Positions 37,625-48,672 are shown, counted from the stretch's first letter. The stretch is DNA of 64,000 bases from Minisyncoccota bacterium (GCA_023137185.1 JAGLPS010000006.1:683-64682), one strand, 5' to 3'. A program made the numbers and translations. The notes: generated by a model from the letters alone, not told the origin.

Positions 37625-37909
37625 ATAATTTTATTTTTTAACTTTTTGGATAAGAGATATAGACCTAATTCTCTATAATAGCAGATTCTAAAAAATATAT
37701 CTCTCTCCCACAGCAGAAACCGCAGTCATTAACTTGGGAGCTCCAACTTGGAAGCCGAGCTTCCAAGTGTGGTGTAATTTAGGTTTTTGGACAAATAGTG
37801 AAATTAAATTCTTGTGTAATCTATGGGCGAAGACCTTTAAATATAAAGTTTACCGTCCGCGAACACCCCGCCGTAAGCGGACGGGGTGTTCTGGTTGCTT
37901 GCAATAAAT

Positions 37910-39142
37910 TCAGTATAACCACTCCTTTTGGTTAGGGTCGCGGGCAAACATATCTACAATAAGCGCGCCCCACGTAAAATTCTGGGCGCCTTGGCCAGCT
38001 CCCGTCTCGGGATTGAAATGCTCGCGGAAACCAGATTCCATAAGCAATTTTGCAGTGTCTTCACGCACCTGTTCTGCTTCTTCGGCAAATTCGTAATCAC
38101 AAAGACCATGATATATAAACCAGTTTGTAGCAACCCACACTGGACCTCTCCAGAACCCGTCAGGATTGTAAACTTTTTCTTCCTTGGCAACCGTGGGCAC
38201 GCTGTATTTTGTTTTAAATTCAGAAGGGTCATTCAAGTGGCGTTCAACAAGTTCCTTCGCTTCCTCTCCTGAAAGGAGCTTCGCAAACAATGGAGAGAAA
38301 ATCGCCCACGTTTTAATGTATATCTTTTTATACTCTTCACCCATTACTGACCAGAACACGCCATCTTCATACATATGGTCCCGCATCGCATCAGCAACAC
38401 GAAGTTCTCGTCCTCGAAAATATAACGCTTCTTCCATTCTATTCAACTCTTCAGCTATCATTCCCATCAAACTTAGATTTTTGACAAAAATCGCGTTAAA
38501 CGGAACATCTTTGACCCAGAAAAACTCTTTCATACAAAATGGCGCGTCAAAATTGCAGGTTTTGTTTTTTTCCACAAGCTCTTTACGTTTCCCGAAATTT
38601 TCCTCCGAAGTCTGGTCTTCTGAAAGACCAAGCGGAATATCAAAACGAGGCGAATCATCCTCTCCTGATTCGTCGGGATTGATAATACCTACAAGGTGAT
38701 TATGACGAGGGTCTCGTTCATTAAGAAGGTAATTATAAAAATGATACAAGTAAGTATACATTTCCTCTAGAAATTTTTTATCTCCATCTTTTTTGTAAAT
38801 ATTCCAAACAGCATAGGCAAGCATTGGGGGTTGTGTAATGCTTGAAATTCCTTCTCTTCCCCACTTAATATCGATTACACCGGGAACCTTCTTCCAGTAG
38901 ATAATGTGAGGGATCAAGCCACTACTATCTTGTTTTGAAACAAGCGCCCTCATTTCCTTTTTGGCGTCTTCAGGAGAGAAATGGGATAGCGCGATAGCAT
39001 GAAAACAAGAATCCCAGAGCCATTGGTACGGATACGAATCCGGTGAAGGAACCGTATATTGATGTCCGTCGGTCGTACGACGATTTTCGGTAAGAATTTT
39101 TAAAGATTGGTCTTTGAGAGTCTTTATATCTTTTTCTGTCAT
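37910..39142 (-). CDS. GH63/MGH1-like (trehalase-like) glycoside hydrolase
   Basis: YPYQWLWDSCF, TQPP, ESGEDDSPRFD, FWRGPVW, F.EHFNP.TG, FTW. Confidence 0.88.
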   Translation of the reverse strand: MTEKDIKTLKDQSLKILTENRRTTDGHQYTVPSPDSYPYQWLWDSCFHAIALSHFSPEDAKKEMRALVSKQDSSGLIPHIIYWKKVPGVIDIKWGREGISSITQPPMLAYAVWNIYKKDGDKKFLEEMYTYLYHFYNYLLNERDPRHNHLVGIINPDESGEDDSPRFDIPLGLSEDQTSEENFGKRKELVEKNKTCNFDAPFCMKEFFWVKDVPFNAIFVKNLSLMGMIAEELNRMEEALYFRGRELRVADAMRDHMYEDGVFWSVMGEEYKKIYIKTWAIFSPLFAKLLSGEEAKELVERHLNDPSEFKTKYSVPTVAKEEKVYNPDGFWRGPVWVATNWFIYHGLCDYEFAEEAEQVREDTAKLLMESGFREHFNPETGAGQGAQNFTWGALIVDMFARDPNQKEWLY

Positions 39143-39158
39143 AATATCTTTAGTATAC

Positions 39159-39227
39159 CCCGTTAGTGAGTTTTGGCGAAGGGGTATTGTCCCGTTCCTT
39201 CGGAACATCGCCAAAATCTACTACGGG
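39159..39227. mobile_element. Short non-coding inverted-repeat element related to the GIY-YIG element ends
   Basis: CCCGTTAGTGAGTTTTGGCGA...TCGCCAAAATCTACTACGGG flanked by GTATAC on both sides. Confidence 0.55.
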
Positions 39228-39515
39228 GTATACCCACCCACCCACACCCAGATTGGCATAGTATTTTGTTGACTAAATAACGCTATTCATAAAAAAAGCA
39301 AATACTGAATGATATGGGTAAACAGCCAAATACGCGGAGAAAAGCGCTCAAAATACGGCAAACCAAACTGCCCATCCACTCCATCTCAAAAGACATTGAA
39401 ATGACTGCCTGTTTTCTTTACCAACAATAACCCTATTTTCAGCTTGCTATATACTCCACTTAGGGTATAATAGCTTCTGTCGGTTTGATTTATCAGTTAA
39501 GCAAAATTGACTTAC

Positions 39516-39629
39516 ATGGAAGAAGAAAACACAACACCTCAAAACGAGGGAGCAGAAAATCAGCCTGCGGAACAGCCTGCAGCACCTGCAGAACAGCCTG
39601 CAACAGAAGCAGAACAACCTGCAGCCTAG
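39516..39629 (+). CDS. 37-aa acidic Pro/Ala/Glu/Gln-rich microprotein (absent from the ORF track)
   Basis: MEEENTTPQNEGAENQPAEQPAAPAEQPATEAEQPAA*; TTGCTA-16-TATAAT at 39444-39471; terminator at 39641-39680. Confidence 0.6.
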   Translation: MEEENTTPQNEGAENQPAEQPAAPAEQPATEAEQPAA

Positions 39630-39640
39630 CCTAATATATG

Positions 39641-39680
39641 AAAAACCCCGCATCCGCCAATTGGCGAATGCGGGGTTTTT
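39641..39680. terminator. Bidirectional terminator
   Basis: AAAAACCCCGCAT.CGCCAATTGGCG.ATGCGGGGTTTTT. Confidence 0.75.
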
Positions 39681-39685
39681 CATAT

Positions 39686-40648
39686 TCATAAACCGGCAAC
39701 AATCGCCCCGAGTTTGTCTGAATCATGACGGAGAATTGAAGCATCATCATACACATCTTTTGCTATGAGTTTTCGGCCATATTTTTTCAATTTCTCATCA
39801 ATTATGATGGGGTGTTTTTTTTCAACAAAATACGCGTCTACGAGCTGCGTAGGGAACGATTTTGTATTATAAATAATGTAATCAAAAGAAAGGACACCCA
39901 TATAAGAAAGCGCGGTACGAGAAAAGTCTGACGCCTTAAAACCGTGCGTTTCACCCCATTTCGTCATCAAATTTAACACGTATACGGTTATGCCTTTGTT
40001 TGCTTTTATTGCTTCCGGAACCCCTTCTACAAGAAGGTTTGGAATAATTGAAGTATAGAGATCGCCTGGAGCAATAACAATCATATCCGCTTCCCGTATT
40101 GCTTTCGCGGTCTCTTCAAATACAAACGCTCGTGGTCTAAGAAAGACTTTTTTAATTTTTAATTCTCCATTATGCGCGGGAATATCAATATTGGTCTCAC
40201 CCTCTATAATAGTTCCATCCTCAAGTTCAGCGCACAATTGAGCTTTATTAAGGCTTACTGGCAATACTTTCCCCTCTATATTCAATAGCTCGCCAGCTTC
40301 TTTTATTGCTTCCGCTTCATTAGTTTTGATATGTGTCAGAGCGGTAAGTAAAAGATTCCCAAAATTGTGGCCGTGAAGAGAGCTTTCTTTGTTATTAAAA
40401 CGAAAATTAAAAAGATTTCGAAGGGTTGCTTCTTTTTCTCCCTCGGAGAGCGCGACTAAACAGCGTCGGGCATCCCCCGGAGGTAAAACGCCAAATTCAT
40501 CTCGCAATACGCCGCTACTGCCACCAGAGTCAAACATCGTCACAACCGCGGTTATATCAAAAGGGTATTTTTTGAGTCCTCGGAGAACTACGAAACTCCC
40601 AGTCCCTCCGCCGATTACTACTATTTTCTTTTTTGTGTTTCTAGGCAA
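39686..40648 (-). CDS. yvcK: YvcK/CofD-related gluconeogenesis factor
   Basis: IVVIGGGTG, DSGGSSGVLRDEFG.LPPGD.R, GHNFGNL, PGDLYTSIIPNL, RHDS; probable TTG start overlapping the upstream stop. Confidence 0.9.
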   Translation of the reverse strand: MPRNTKKKIVVIGGGTGSFVVLRGLKKYPFDITAVVTMFDSGGSSGVLRDEFGVLPPGDARRCLVALSEGEKEATLRNLFNFRFNNKESSLHGHNFGNLLLTALTHIKTNEAEAIKEAGELLNIEGKVLPVSLNKAQLCAELEDGTIIEGETNIDIPAHNGELKIKKVFLRPRAFVFEETAKAIREADMIVIAPGDLYTSIIPNLLVEGVPEAIKANKGITVYVLNLMTKWGETHGFKASDFSRTALSYMGVLSFDYIIYNTKSFPTQLVDAYFVEKKHPIIIDEKLKKYGRKLIAKDVYDDASILRHDSDKLGAIVAGL

Positions 40649-41495
40649 GTAAACTTTTTTTCTGAACAATTTTCGAAAGGTCTTCAAACCGCAATGGAAT
40701 AGTTTCGCCCAAGAAGTCATCTTGTTCTTTGCCTCGGTAGTCAGCCACTTCTTTCCAGAGAGCCCGCCCAACAAGAAAACCTCGCGCGCCTCCTTCTACC
40801 GCTTTTTCAAGCTGATCTTCAAACACACCAAATGATACTCCCCGACTCAAGAGAATCCAGGGCGTACTTTTTACCAATTGTGTCATTTGAAAGCAGACCT
40901 GCTGGTCATCCTCAGGAAACTCAAGTTTCCACACATCAGGAACCACCCCTTCCTTTATAAATCTTTCAACAGAAGAAAGAATGAGCTCTGAACGTCTGGC
41001 GGTAAATCCCGGGACATTGTACGTTACAATTTCGATGAAAAGCGGCATTCCTTCCTTACGGGCATCCGCAAGAACTGTTCGGGCAACATCAATTTGATTA
41101 AGAGCCGCGGAAGAATAGGGGTTAAAGTATATAAGAAGTTTTACTCCGCTCGCTCCCTGTTTTTTAAGCTGAGCGGCAGTGTATACAATTTTATTAAGGC
41201 GCGCCGTTTCCTCCCCTTCATACCCACTCGCTTCAGCCCGCAAAACAAATGGCGGATGAGACTTCAGATGGCTCTCTGTTGCTTGTTTATAAGCAGGCAA
41301 GCCGTGTTCGGAATCAATTAAAACCCCGCTGGCTCTTGATAAAAGTGGAGCAATGATACGTTTTTTTAGATTGATGATATCCTCGGATAAAACCGCATCC
41401 GGACTATGTGGACTGATTATTTTTCGGAAACTTTCATCGTGGTCAAGAGCAAGCATTAAAAAACCGTCATTTTTTGAAAAGATATCGGTATTCAT
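40641..41495 (-). CDS. Class I aldolase, tagatose-bisphosphate aldolase (LacD/DUF2090)-like
   Basis: MLALDH, ASGVLID.E.G, GVKLL.Y, DVWKLEFP, PWILLS.G, GFLVGRALW. Confidence 0.8.
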   Translation of the reverse strand: MNTDIFSKNDGFLMLALDHDESFRKIISPHSPDAVLSEDIINLKKRIIAPLLSRASGVLIDSEHGLPAYKQATESHLKSHPPFVLRAEASGYEGEETARLNKIVYTAAQLKKQGASGVKLLIYFNPYSSAALNQIDVARTVLADARKEGMPLFIEIVTYNVPGFTARRSELILSSVERFIKEGVVPDVWKLEFPEDDQQVCFQMTQLVKSTPWILLSRGVSFGVFEDQLEKAVEGGARGFLVGRALWKEVADYRGKEQDDFLGETIPLRFEDLSKIVQKKSLLA

Positions 41496-41528
41496 TGCAT
41501 ATTATTATACCAAAAACAAAAAGAGAGG

Positions 41529-41699
41529 TTATTTCCCCTCTTTGTACACGGTGTGTTTTCGAGCAATAGGATTATGTTTTTTTAAGGAAAGTTTTCCAGG
41601 ATGCCCTTTTTTATTCTTGAATGTGTAATACACGTGGCCTTTCCCCACCTTTTTCTCGTCTCCTTGCGATATTAGTTTTACAAGATTGTCTTGTGACAT
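41529..41699 (-). CDS. rpmG: 50S ribosomal protein L33 (Cys-free form)
   Basis: YYT.KNKK....KL.LKK.NP..RKHT.YKE. Confidence 0.9.
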   Translation of the reverse strand: MSQDNLVKLISQGDEKKVGKGHVYYTFKNKKGHPGKLSLKKHNPIARKHTVYKEGK

Positions 41700-42056
41700 A
41701 GTGGAATAGTATACCAGAAAAGAGAAAAAGCGCAAAGCGCGCAAATACCCCATAACACTGCGGACACAATATCACTTGGAAGCCGTAACTTGGAAGCTAA
41801 CTTGGAAGCTCGGCTTCCAAATAACGGCTTCCAAATAAGAGCCTTAAAATGTGGTGTAATATGTTTTTAACTTGGAAGCCGAGCTTCCAAGTCTGGTGTA
41901 GAGCTTCCAAGTGTGGTGTAATTTGTTACAAGGTCAAACCTTGTAACGTTGTGAGGATTCTCACCTCGTTTTTCCTCGTAAGGATATCTTAAATATGATT
42001 CCGCTAACAAAAAAAGGGCGTTCGCTGTTTGCGAAAGCCCTTTATCATACATACTT

Positions 42057-42617
42057 CTACACACCAATTGTTGCAAGCGGTTTGGAAAATTCTTTCTCCA
42101 AAAATTGAGACGCCTTTTTGTAGACCTCTTTGTTAGACAACGATGACGCCTGCAAAGAAAAAGAGGTAACAGAGTGTTTCAAGAAATCAATTGCCGGTTT
42201 TATATATCGCACATACTCATCCCATTGTCTGACAAATTTGTCTTTCTTGTCACCCTCTTCCTCCTGTAAATCAGCAGAACCGCCAAGAAACCGAGCCTCA
42301 GCGATTTTCCACTTTGTTTTTAGTGATATAAAGGCAATAGGATATTTACCCCATACATTTAGAAGGTGTCGAGCTTGAGAAATCGTACAGGGGAATCCAA
42401 CAAAGACACCCCGTACCACACGGTCATCGGACATTTGTTCAAGAATTCTTGAAACATTGTTATCAAAGATTTCAGACGCGGCTTCCCTCGTCGGCAGATA
42501 TCCTTTTCTCATATCAAAAACAGGACATTTGTATTTTTCCGCAATCTTTTCAGCAAGCGCGTTTTTTTCTGACGTTGGCGCGCCATTTACAACAATTAAG
42601 TTACCTCTTTGGCTCAT
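42057..42617 (-). CDS. Adenylate kinase-like protein with degenerate P-loop
   Basis: GAPTSEKN in place of GxPGSGK; GFP....QA; Y.....PAIDF. Confidence 0.55.
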   Translation of the reverse strand: MSQRGNLIVVNGAPTSEKNALAEKIAEKYKCPVFDMRKGYLPTREAASEIFDNNVSRILEQMSDDRVVRGVFVGFPCTISQARHLLNVWGKYPIAFISLKTKWKIAEARFLGGSADLQEEEGDKKDKFVRQWDEYVRYIKPAIDFLKHSVTSFSLQASSLSNKEVYKKASQFLEKEFSKPLATIGV

Positions 42618-42713
42618 TCATAGCCTCCTTTTTTTGGTGTGTTATAGGTTTATTATAGAACTGCTAAATAGCAAAATAGCCTTAAAAATGTAATCTGTCA
42701 ATAGGGCGCAATC

Positions 42714-44027
<1,314 letters not shown>

Positions 44028-44078
44028 TCAATTTTTTTATATGTAAACCATCACACTTTTAAATGTATAGGGGTTTAC

Positions 44079-44105
44079 AAAAACCCGCCTCTTCGGCGGG
44101 TTTTT
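44079..44105 (-). terminator. Intrinsic terminator
   Basis: AAAACCCGCC-TCTTC-GGCGGGTTTT. Confidence 0.75.
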
Positions 44106-44119
44106 GAATCATCAACTTT

Positions 44120-44377
44120 TTATTGGTTTTCCCGAGGACGAGCTTCGTTTACCGTCAAGTGGCGTCCGCCGAGATCAGAACCGTCAAGCATTTCGACAGC
44201 CTTTGACCCATCAGCATCCTCCACCATAGTAACAAAACCAAAACCTCGTGATCGTCCCGTCATTTTGTCCGTTATGATATCGGCTGACTCAACTGCTCCA
44301 GCTTTTGAAAAAGCTTCTTTGAGTTCGTCAGTTGTTGTGGAATACGGGAGACCTCCAACGTATAAACGTTTTCCCAT
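44120..44377 (-). CDS. RRM RNA-binding protein
   Basis: LYVGGL (RNP2), RGFGFV (RNP1), VNEARP. Confidence 0.95.
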   Translation of the reverse strand: MGKRLYVGGLPYSTTTDELKEAFSKAGAVESADIITDKMTGRSRGFGFVTMVEDADGSKAVEMLDGSDLGGRHLTVNEARPRENQ

Positions 44378-44562
44378 TGTAAGAAATCTCTATTCTGCTA
44401 ACACGTATCGTCAAGCGACCTTCTCACAATGGCGCCAAACTTGCTTCCACAGGAGAACCTTACGATAACAAGGCTGATTATATATCAAACTAACAAAAAT
44501 GCAACGCGGTTTGAAGAGATTTTCCTTGTTTCAGTAAGCTCTTTCGGATAGAATGGTTAAAT

Positions 44563-45795
44563 ATGGGAAAAAAGAGCCTTTCAACAGAAAGCTACAAAGG
44601 AGTTCGGGATTTTTATCCGGAAGATATGTTTATAGAAAAATACATCTTTGGAAAAATACGGGAAACCGTGGAGAATTTTGGCTATGTTGAATATGGCGCT
44701 TCCCCTCTTGAAGAAAGTGAGTTGTACCGCCAAAAATCCGGGGAAGAAATTGTTAATGAGCAGACATATTCCTTTAAGGACCGCGGGGACAGAGACGTAA
44801 CCTTGCGACCCGAAATGACCCCTACAACCGCCCGTATGGTCGCAAAAAAAAGACGAGAGCTTGCCTTCCCTTTGCGATGGTATTCAATCACGAATATGTT
44901 CCGCTACGAGAGGCCTCAACGGGGGCGGCTTCGTGAACATTTTCAGCTTAATGTTGACCTATTCGGCGTTGAAGGAATAGAGGCGGAAATAGAAACAATA
45001 ACGCTTGCCTCAAAAATTCTAAAAGATTTTGGTTTAAAAGAAGAAAATTTTGAGATTCAAATTAATTCAAGAAAGCTTCTTGAAAAAGCTTACGAACCTA
45101 TATTGAAGAACAAGGAGCTATTTCCTGTAATGCTTCGCCTTTTGGATAAAAAAGAAAAAATGGGAGTTGATAAATTTGAGTTGGAATGGAAAAAACTCTT
45201 TAAAGAGCCATTTGAAGAAACAAAAAACTATGAATGTCCAGAGCTAAAAAGAATTTTGGAAATTCTCGACAAGCGAGGCATTAAGACAAAACTTAATCCC
45301 TATTTAGTGCGAGGTTTTGACTACTATACTGATATTGTTTTTGAGGTGTTTGACACTAACCCAGAAAATCGCCGTTCTCTTTTCGGCGGAGGCCGTTATG
45401 ACGAGCTGCTTTCTCTTTTCGGTGAGGAAAATATCCCTGCGGTTGGGTTTGGAATGGGAGACGTTACCCTTAAAAACACGCTGGAAACATATGACCTCCT
45501 ACCGCAATATGCTTCTTCTGTTGATATATATCTCTGCATTGTAGAAAAAGAATACACAGAAGCCGCGGACACGCTTGCCTCATCTCTTCGTGAAAAAGGG
45601 CTTAACGTGGCCGTCAATTATACATATCGCAAAATCGGAGACCAGATAAAAAATGCGAACAAAGAGGGAGCTCCTTATGTTGTATGCGTCGGGAAAAAAG
45701 AAGCGGAAACTCTCCGTTTTGAACTAAAGGAACTCTCCACCGGAAAAATAGAGGAACTCTCCACGGAAAAAATTCCCGATGCGATACAAAAATGA
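44563..45795 (+). CDS. hisS: Histidine--tRNA ligase
   Basis: KGVRDF, LRPEMT, FRYERPQRGRLREH, LVRGFDYYT, GGGRYD. Confidence 0.97.
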   Translation: MGKKSLSTESYKGVRDFYPEDMFIEKYIFGKIRETVENFGYVEYGASPLEESELYRQKSGEEIVNEQTYSFKDRGDRDVTLRPEMTPTTARMVAKKRRELAFPLRWYSITNMFRYERPQRGRLREHFQLNVDLFGVEGIEAEIETITLASKILKDFGLKEENFEIQINSRKLLEKAYEPILKNKELFPVMLRLLDKKEKMGVDKFELEWKKLFKEPFEETKNYECPELKRILEILDKRGIKTKLNPYLVRGFDYYTDIVFEVFDTNPENRRSLFGGGRYDELLSLFGEENIPAVGFGMGDVTLKNTLETYDLLPQYASSVDIYLCIVEKEYTEAADTLASSLREKGLNVAVNYTYRKIGDQIKNANKEGAPYVVCVGKKEAETLRFELKELSTGKIEELSTEKIPDAIQK

Positions 45796-45796
45796 G

Positions 45797-46116
45797 TCCC
45801 GTAGTAGAATTTTAGCTCGATTATGTTCTACATTTATGTGTTAAAGAGTATGGAAAGTAATGAACTCTATGTGGGTTACACTTCCAACTTAAAACAAAGA
45901 TTGGTAGAACATAATCAAGGATTAAATCTTTCAACCAAACGATATATGCCTTGGGAAATCATTTACTACGAGGCGTGTTTAAACAAAAAAGATGCGATCG
46001 GACGAGAAAATTATTTAAAAACAACACAAGGTGGCAGGATGTTGAAACGTAGGTTGAAAGAATTTTTTTATGAAGAAAAGTCGAAAGATTTAATAAGCTA
46101 AAATTTCACTACAGGA
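45797..46116. mobile_element. 320-bp GIY-YIG-encoding element with imperfect 21-bp TIRs and TGAG target duplication
   Basis: Left TCCCGTAGTAGAATTTTAGCT, right AGCTAAAATTTCACTACAGGA; (A)TGAG on both flanks. Confidence 0.7.
45823..46101 (+). CDS. Small GIY-YIG nuclease (UPF0213-like)
   Basis: YIYVLKS, LYVGYT.NL..RL.EHN.G, STK.Y.PW..IYYE, A..RE..LK. Confidence 0.92.
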   Translation: MFYIYVLKSMESNELYVGYTSNLKQRLVEHNQGLNLSTKRYMPWEIIYYEACLNKKDAIGRENYLKTTQGGRMLKRRLKEFFYEEKSKDLIS

Positions 46117-46691
46117 TGAGAAAAATAGTCTTTGATATCGAAACCAGTAATATATTTCAGGATGTCGGAACAAATAACCCGGCGGATTTGTCTTTGTCTC
46201 TCCTTGCCATACACGATTCAGAGACAGACACTTACTCATCATTTGTTGAAGAAGAACTTTCAGAATTGTGGCCAATTTTAGAAAAAGCCGATGTGCTTAT
46301 CGGATACAATTCCGACCATTTTGATATCCCTCTTTTGAATAAATATTATTCAGGCGATCTAACAAAAATAAAAAGCCTCGACATTTTGGGAGAAATTAGA
46401 AAATCAATTGGAAAAAGAGTGCGGCTAGACCAAGTTGCTCAAGGAACATTAGGTACGCGAAAAAGCGGAAACGGATTGGAAGCGCTTGAATGGTGGAAAA
46501 AAGGAGAAATTGATAAAGTCCGCTCGTATTGTGTTAACGACGTAAAAATAACTAAGGAGTTACACGAATACGCCTTAAAAAACGGGAAGCTCCTGTACAA
46601 GGAAGGTCCCGCGCTTGTGGAAATCAAGCTTGACACATCCAATTGGGAAGAAAAAAAAGAGGGTTCTCTCCCCCAAAGTCTCCCGTTCTAG
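46116..46691 (+). CDS. RNase H-like (YprB/DEDD) 3'-5' exonuclease
   Basis: VFDIET, GYNS.HFD.P, L..VA..TL, YC..DV motifs. Confidence 0.88.
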   Translation: MRKIVFDIETSNIFQDVGTNNPADLSLSLLAIHDSETDTYSSFVEEELSELWPILEKADVLIGYNSDHFDIPLLNKYYSGDLTKIKSLDILGEIRKSIGKRVRLDQVAQGTLGTRKSGNGLEALEWWKKGEIDKVRSYCVNDVKITKELHEYALKNGKLLYKEGPALVEIKLDTSNWEEKKEGSLPQSLPF

Positions 46692-46974
46692 AATACTAAC
46701 CTTACAACAAACACCCATACCTGTTTTGACATAGAGTATTTTATCGTTTATATACTCGGAAGCTCTTGGAAGCGGAGCTTCCAAGAGCTTCCGAGTAACA
46801 AGTAAAAACATATTACACCACATTTTGAGGCTCCCATTTGGAAGCCGAGCTTCCAAGTTGGCGAAGATTGTTAAACTCGCGTAAAAAAATTTGACAAAAA
46901 AGAATACCTATGCCAATCTTGTGGAAGATAAAAGATAATCTGGCTCTTTAAAACCATTAAAAAGGAGAGTTGCG

Positions 46975-47421
46975 ATGGATACTGTAATTGATAATTTGGA
47001 TACTTTAAATCTGGATTTAAAAGATGAGAAAACGGTAAAATACCTGATTGGACGCTGTAAGTCAGTGGAAGATTTCAAGAAGCTGAATGATCAAACTTTA
47101 CCTGGTTCAGAGGCCAAGAAAAAGGTCAGGAAGGCGTGGGGTGAGTTCATTCTGCCTGAAATTGAAAAACGAATCTCAAATTGCAAGTCAGTGGAGAGCC
47201 TTGAGAGGCTAGAAAGCCAAACTCCATCTGGTTCAGAAGCCCAGAAAAAAATCAGGGAGGCGCGGGAAAAGTTCATTACCATGCAAATCTCAAATTGCAA
47301 GTTGGTGGAGAATTTTAAGAGGCTGATTGATCAAACTTCACCTGGTTCAGAAGCCTGGAGAAAAGTCAGGGAGGCGTGGCAAACATTCGTAAAATCTGAA
47401 ATTCAGGAAACTATCGTTTAG
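46975..47421 (+). CDS. Helical repeat protein, copy 1 (three ~42-aa CKSVEDF..L..QT..GSEA..KVREAW repeats)
   Basis: AGGAG RBS, TTGACA promoter at 46891, terminator at 47440-47475; paralogs at 53074 and 53887. Confidence 0.8.
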   Translation: MDTVIDNLDTLNLDLKDEKTVKYLIGRCKSVEDFKKLNDQTLPGSEAKKKVRKAWGEFILPEIEKRISNCKSVESLERLESQTPSGSEAQKKIREAREKFITMQISNCKLVENFKRLIDQTSPGSEAWRKVREAWQTFVKSEIQETIV

Positions 47422-47868
47422 ACTCTTAATTAAAACTTGAAAGCGGGCAAGGATGTAATTCTGCCCGCTTTTTTTGACGAAAAGATTTGATGAAAAGACC
47501 TCTCCCCACCTAAATCTTTCCCATCCTTTCTTTCTCTAACCTAATCTCTAATTCGCGCGAATTAGAGATTAGATTAGAGAGTTGCTATCAATGTTTTTTG
47601 TTATTGGAAGCGGCCAGAATACCCCGTCCGCTTGCGGCGGGGATGAATGGTCGCGCAGTAATCTGGGCGAGCGAAGCTCGCTCCTATCTAACAAAGTTTC
47701 CCCGATACCGTCCACGAATACCCCGCGGCAAGCCGCGGGGTATTCGTGGACGGCAAACTTTTATATCGAGGTTTATATCGAGGTTGAACCTCGATAATAG
47801 GACAGCTCCCTCTTCCGCATAGGTCTATATTTTGACAAATAGGATATATCCGCGAATTGGTTTGCTTG

Positions 47869-48672
47869 TCAAAATAATGTAACAATAATCACTAGCGCCG
47901 CGAGCATAATTCGGTAAACGATAAAAGGTATCAGAGAGTGCGTTTTTAGAAAACGAATTAGAAAACGAATCGCGCACAAACCGCTCACAAGCGCGACAAA
48001 AAATCCGACAAGACTGGGAACAAACGCTGAAGTGGCAAATAATACGTCCGAAAATTTAATTACTTTGTACAAACCGGCAGCGGTAATTATCGGAAAAGAA
48101 AGAAGGAAGCTAAAACGAACCGCTTCTTCTCGTGAGAGTCCCGTAATGAGCCCACCAGAAATCGTTGAACCTGAACGAGAAACACCGGGAATAAGAGCAA
48201 GCGCCTGATAGAAACCGATGACAAACCCTTTTTTGTTTGAGAGAGATTCTTTTTCGGTACTTTTTTTCTCGGCATACCCAAAAAGCACACTTCCTAAAAT
48301 CAAAGCAGTGGCAACCAAAAGCGGGTTGCGAAAAGAAGTTTCAATAACCGAATTAAACGCAAACCCAAGCACTGCCGCCGGAATAGTACCGATAGCTATG
48401 GCGGTTATAAGAGTCTTTTCTTGAGGTACAACTGACTCTGGACGTGTAATAAGGCGAAAAGCTGAAGCTGCCATACGAATAATATCTTTTCTGAAATATA
48501 AAAATACAGCAAGAACGGTCGCGAGATGTAAAAAAATGTCGTATGTAAGGCCATTTGGAATATTCATACCTAACACATCGCGCACAAGTATAAGATGCCC
48601 TGTTGAAGAGACAGGGAGAAATTCCGTAAATCCTTGAATAACGCCAAGAAAAGCCGCTTGTAGTATCTCCAT
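47869..48672 (-). CDS. uppP: Undecaprenyl-diphosphate phosphatase
   Basis: QGFTEFLPVSSTGH, PGVSRSGSTI, A.RFSFLL, F..YRI. Confidence 0.95.
   Translation of the reverse strand: MEILQAAFLGVIQGFTEFLPVSSTGHLILVRDVLGMNIPNGLTYDIFLHLATVLAVFLYFRKDIIRMAASAFRLITRPESVVPQEKTLITAIAIGTIPAAVLGFAFNSVIETSFRNPLLVATALILGSVLFGYAEKKSTEKESLSNKKGFVIGFYQALALIPGVSRSGSTISGGLITGLSREEAVRFSFLLSFPIITAAGLYKVIKFSDVLFATSAFVPSLVGFFVALVSGLCAIRFLIRFLKTHSLIPFIVYRIMLAALVIIVTLF

Noticed and set aside
41775-41921. CRISPR array from clustered TTGGAAGC repeats
   Set aside because: Irregular spacing, half-copies and no unique ~30-nt spacers or cas genes; fits a REP-like cluster.
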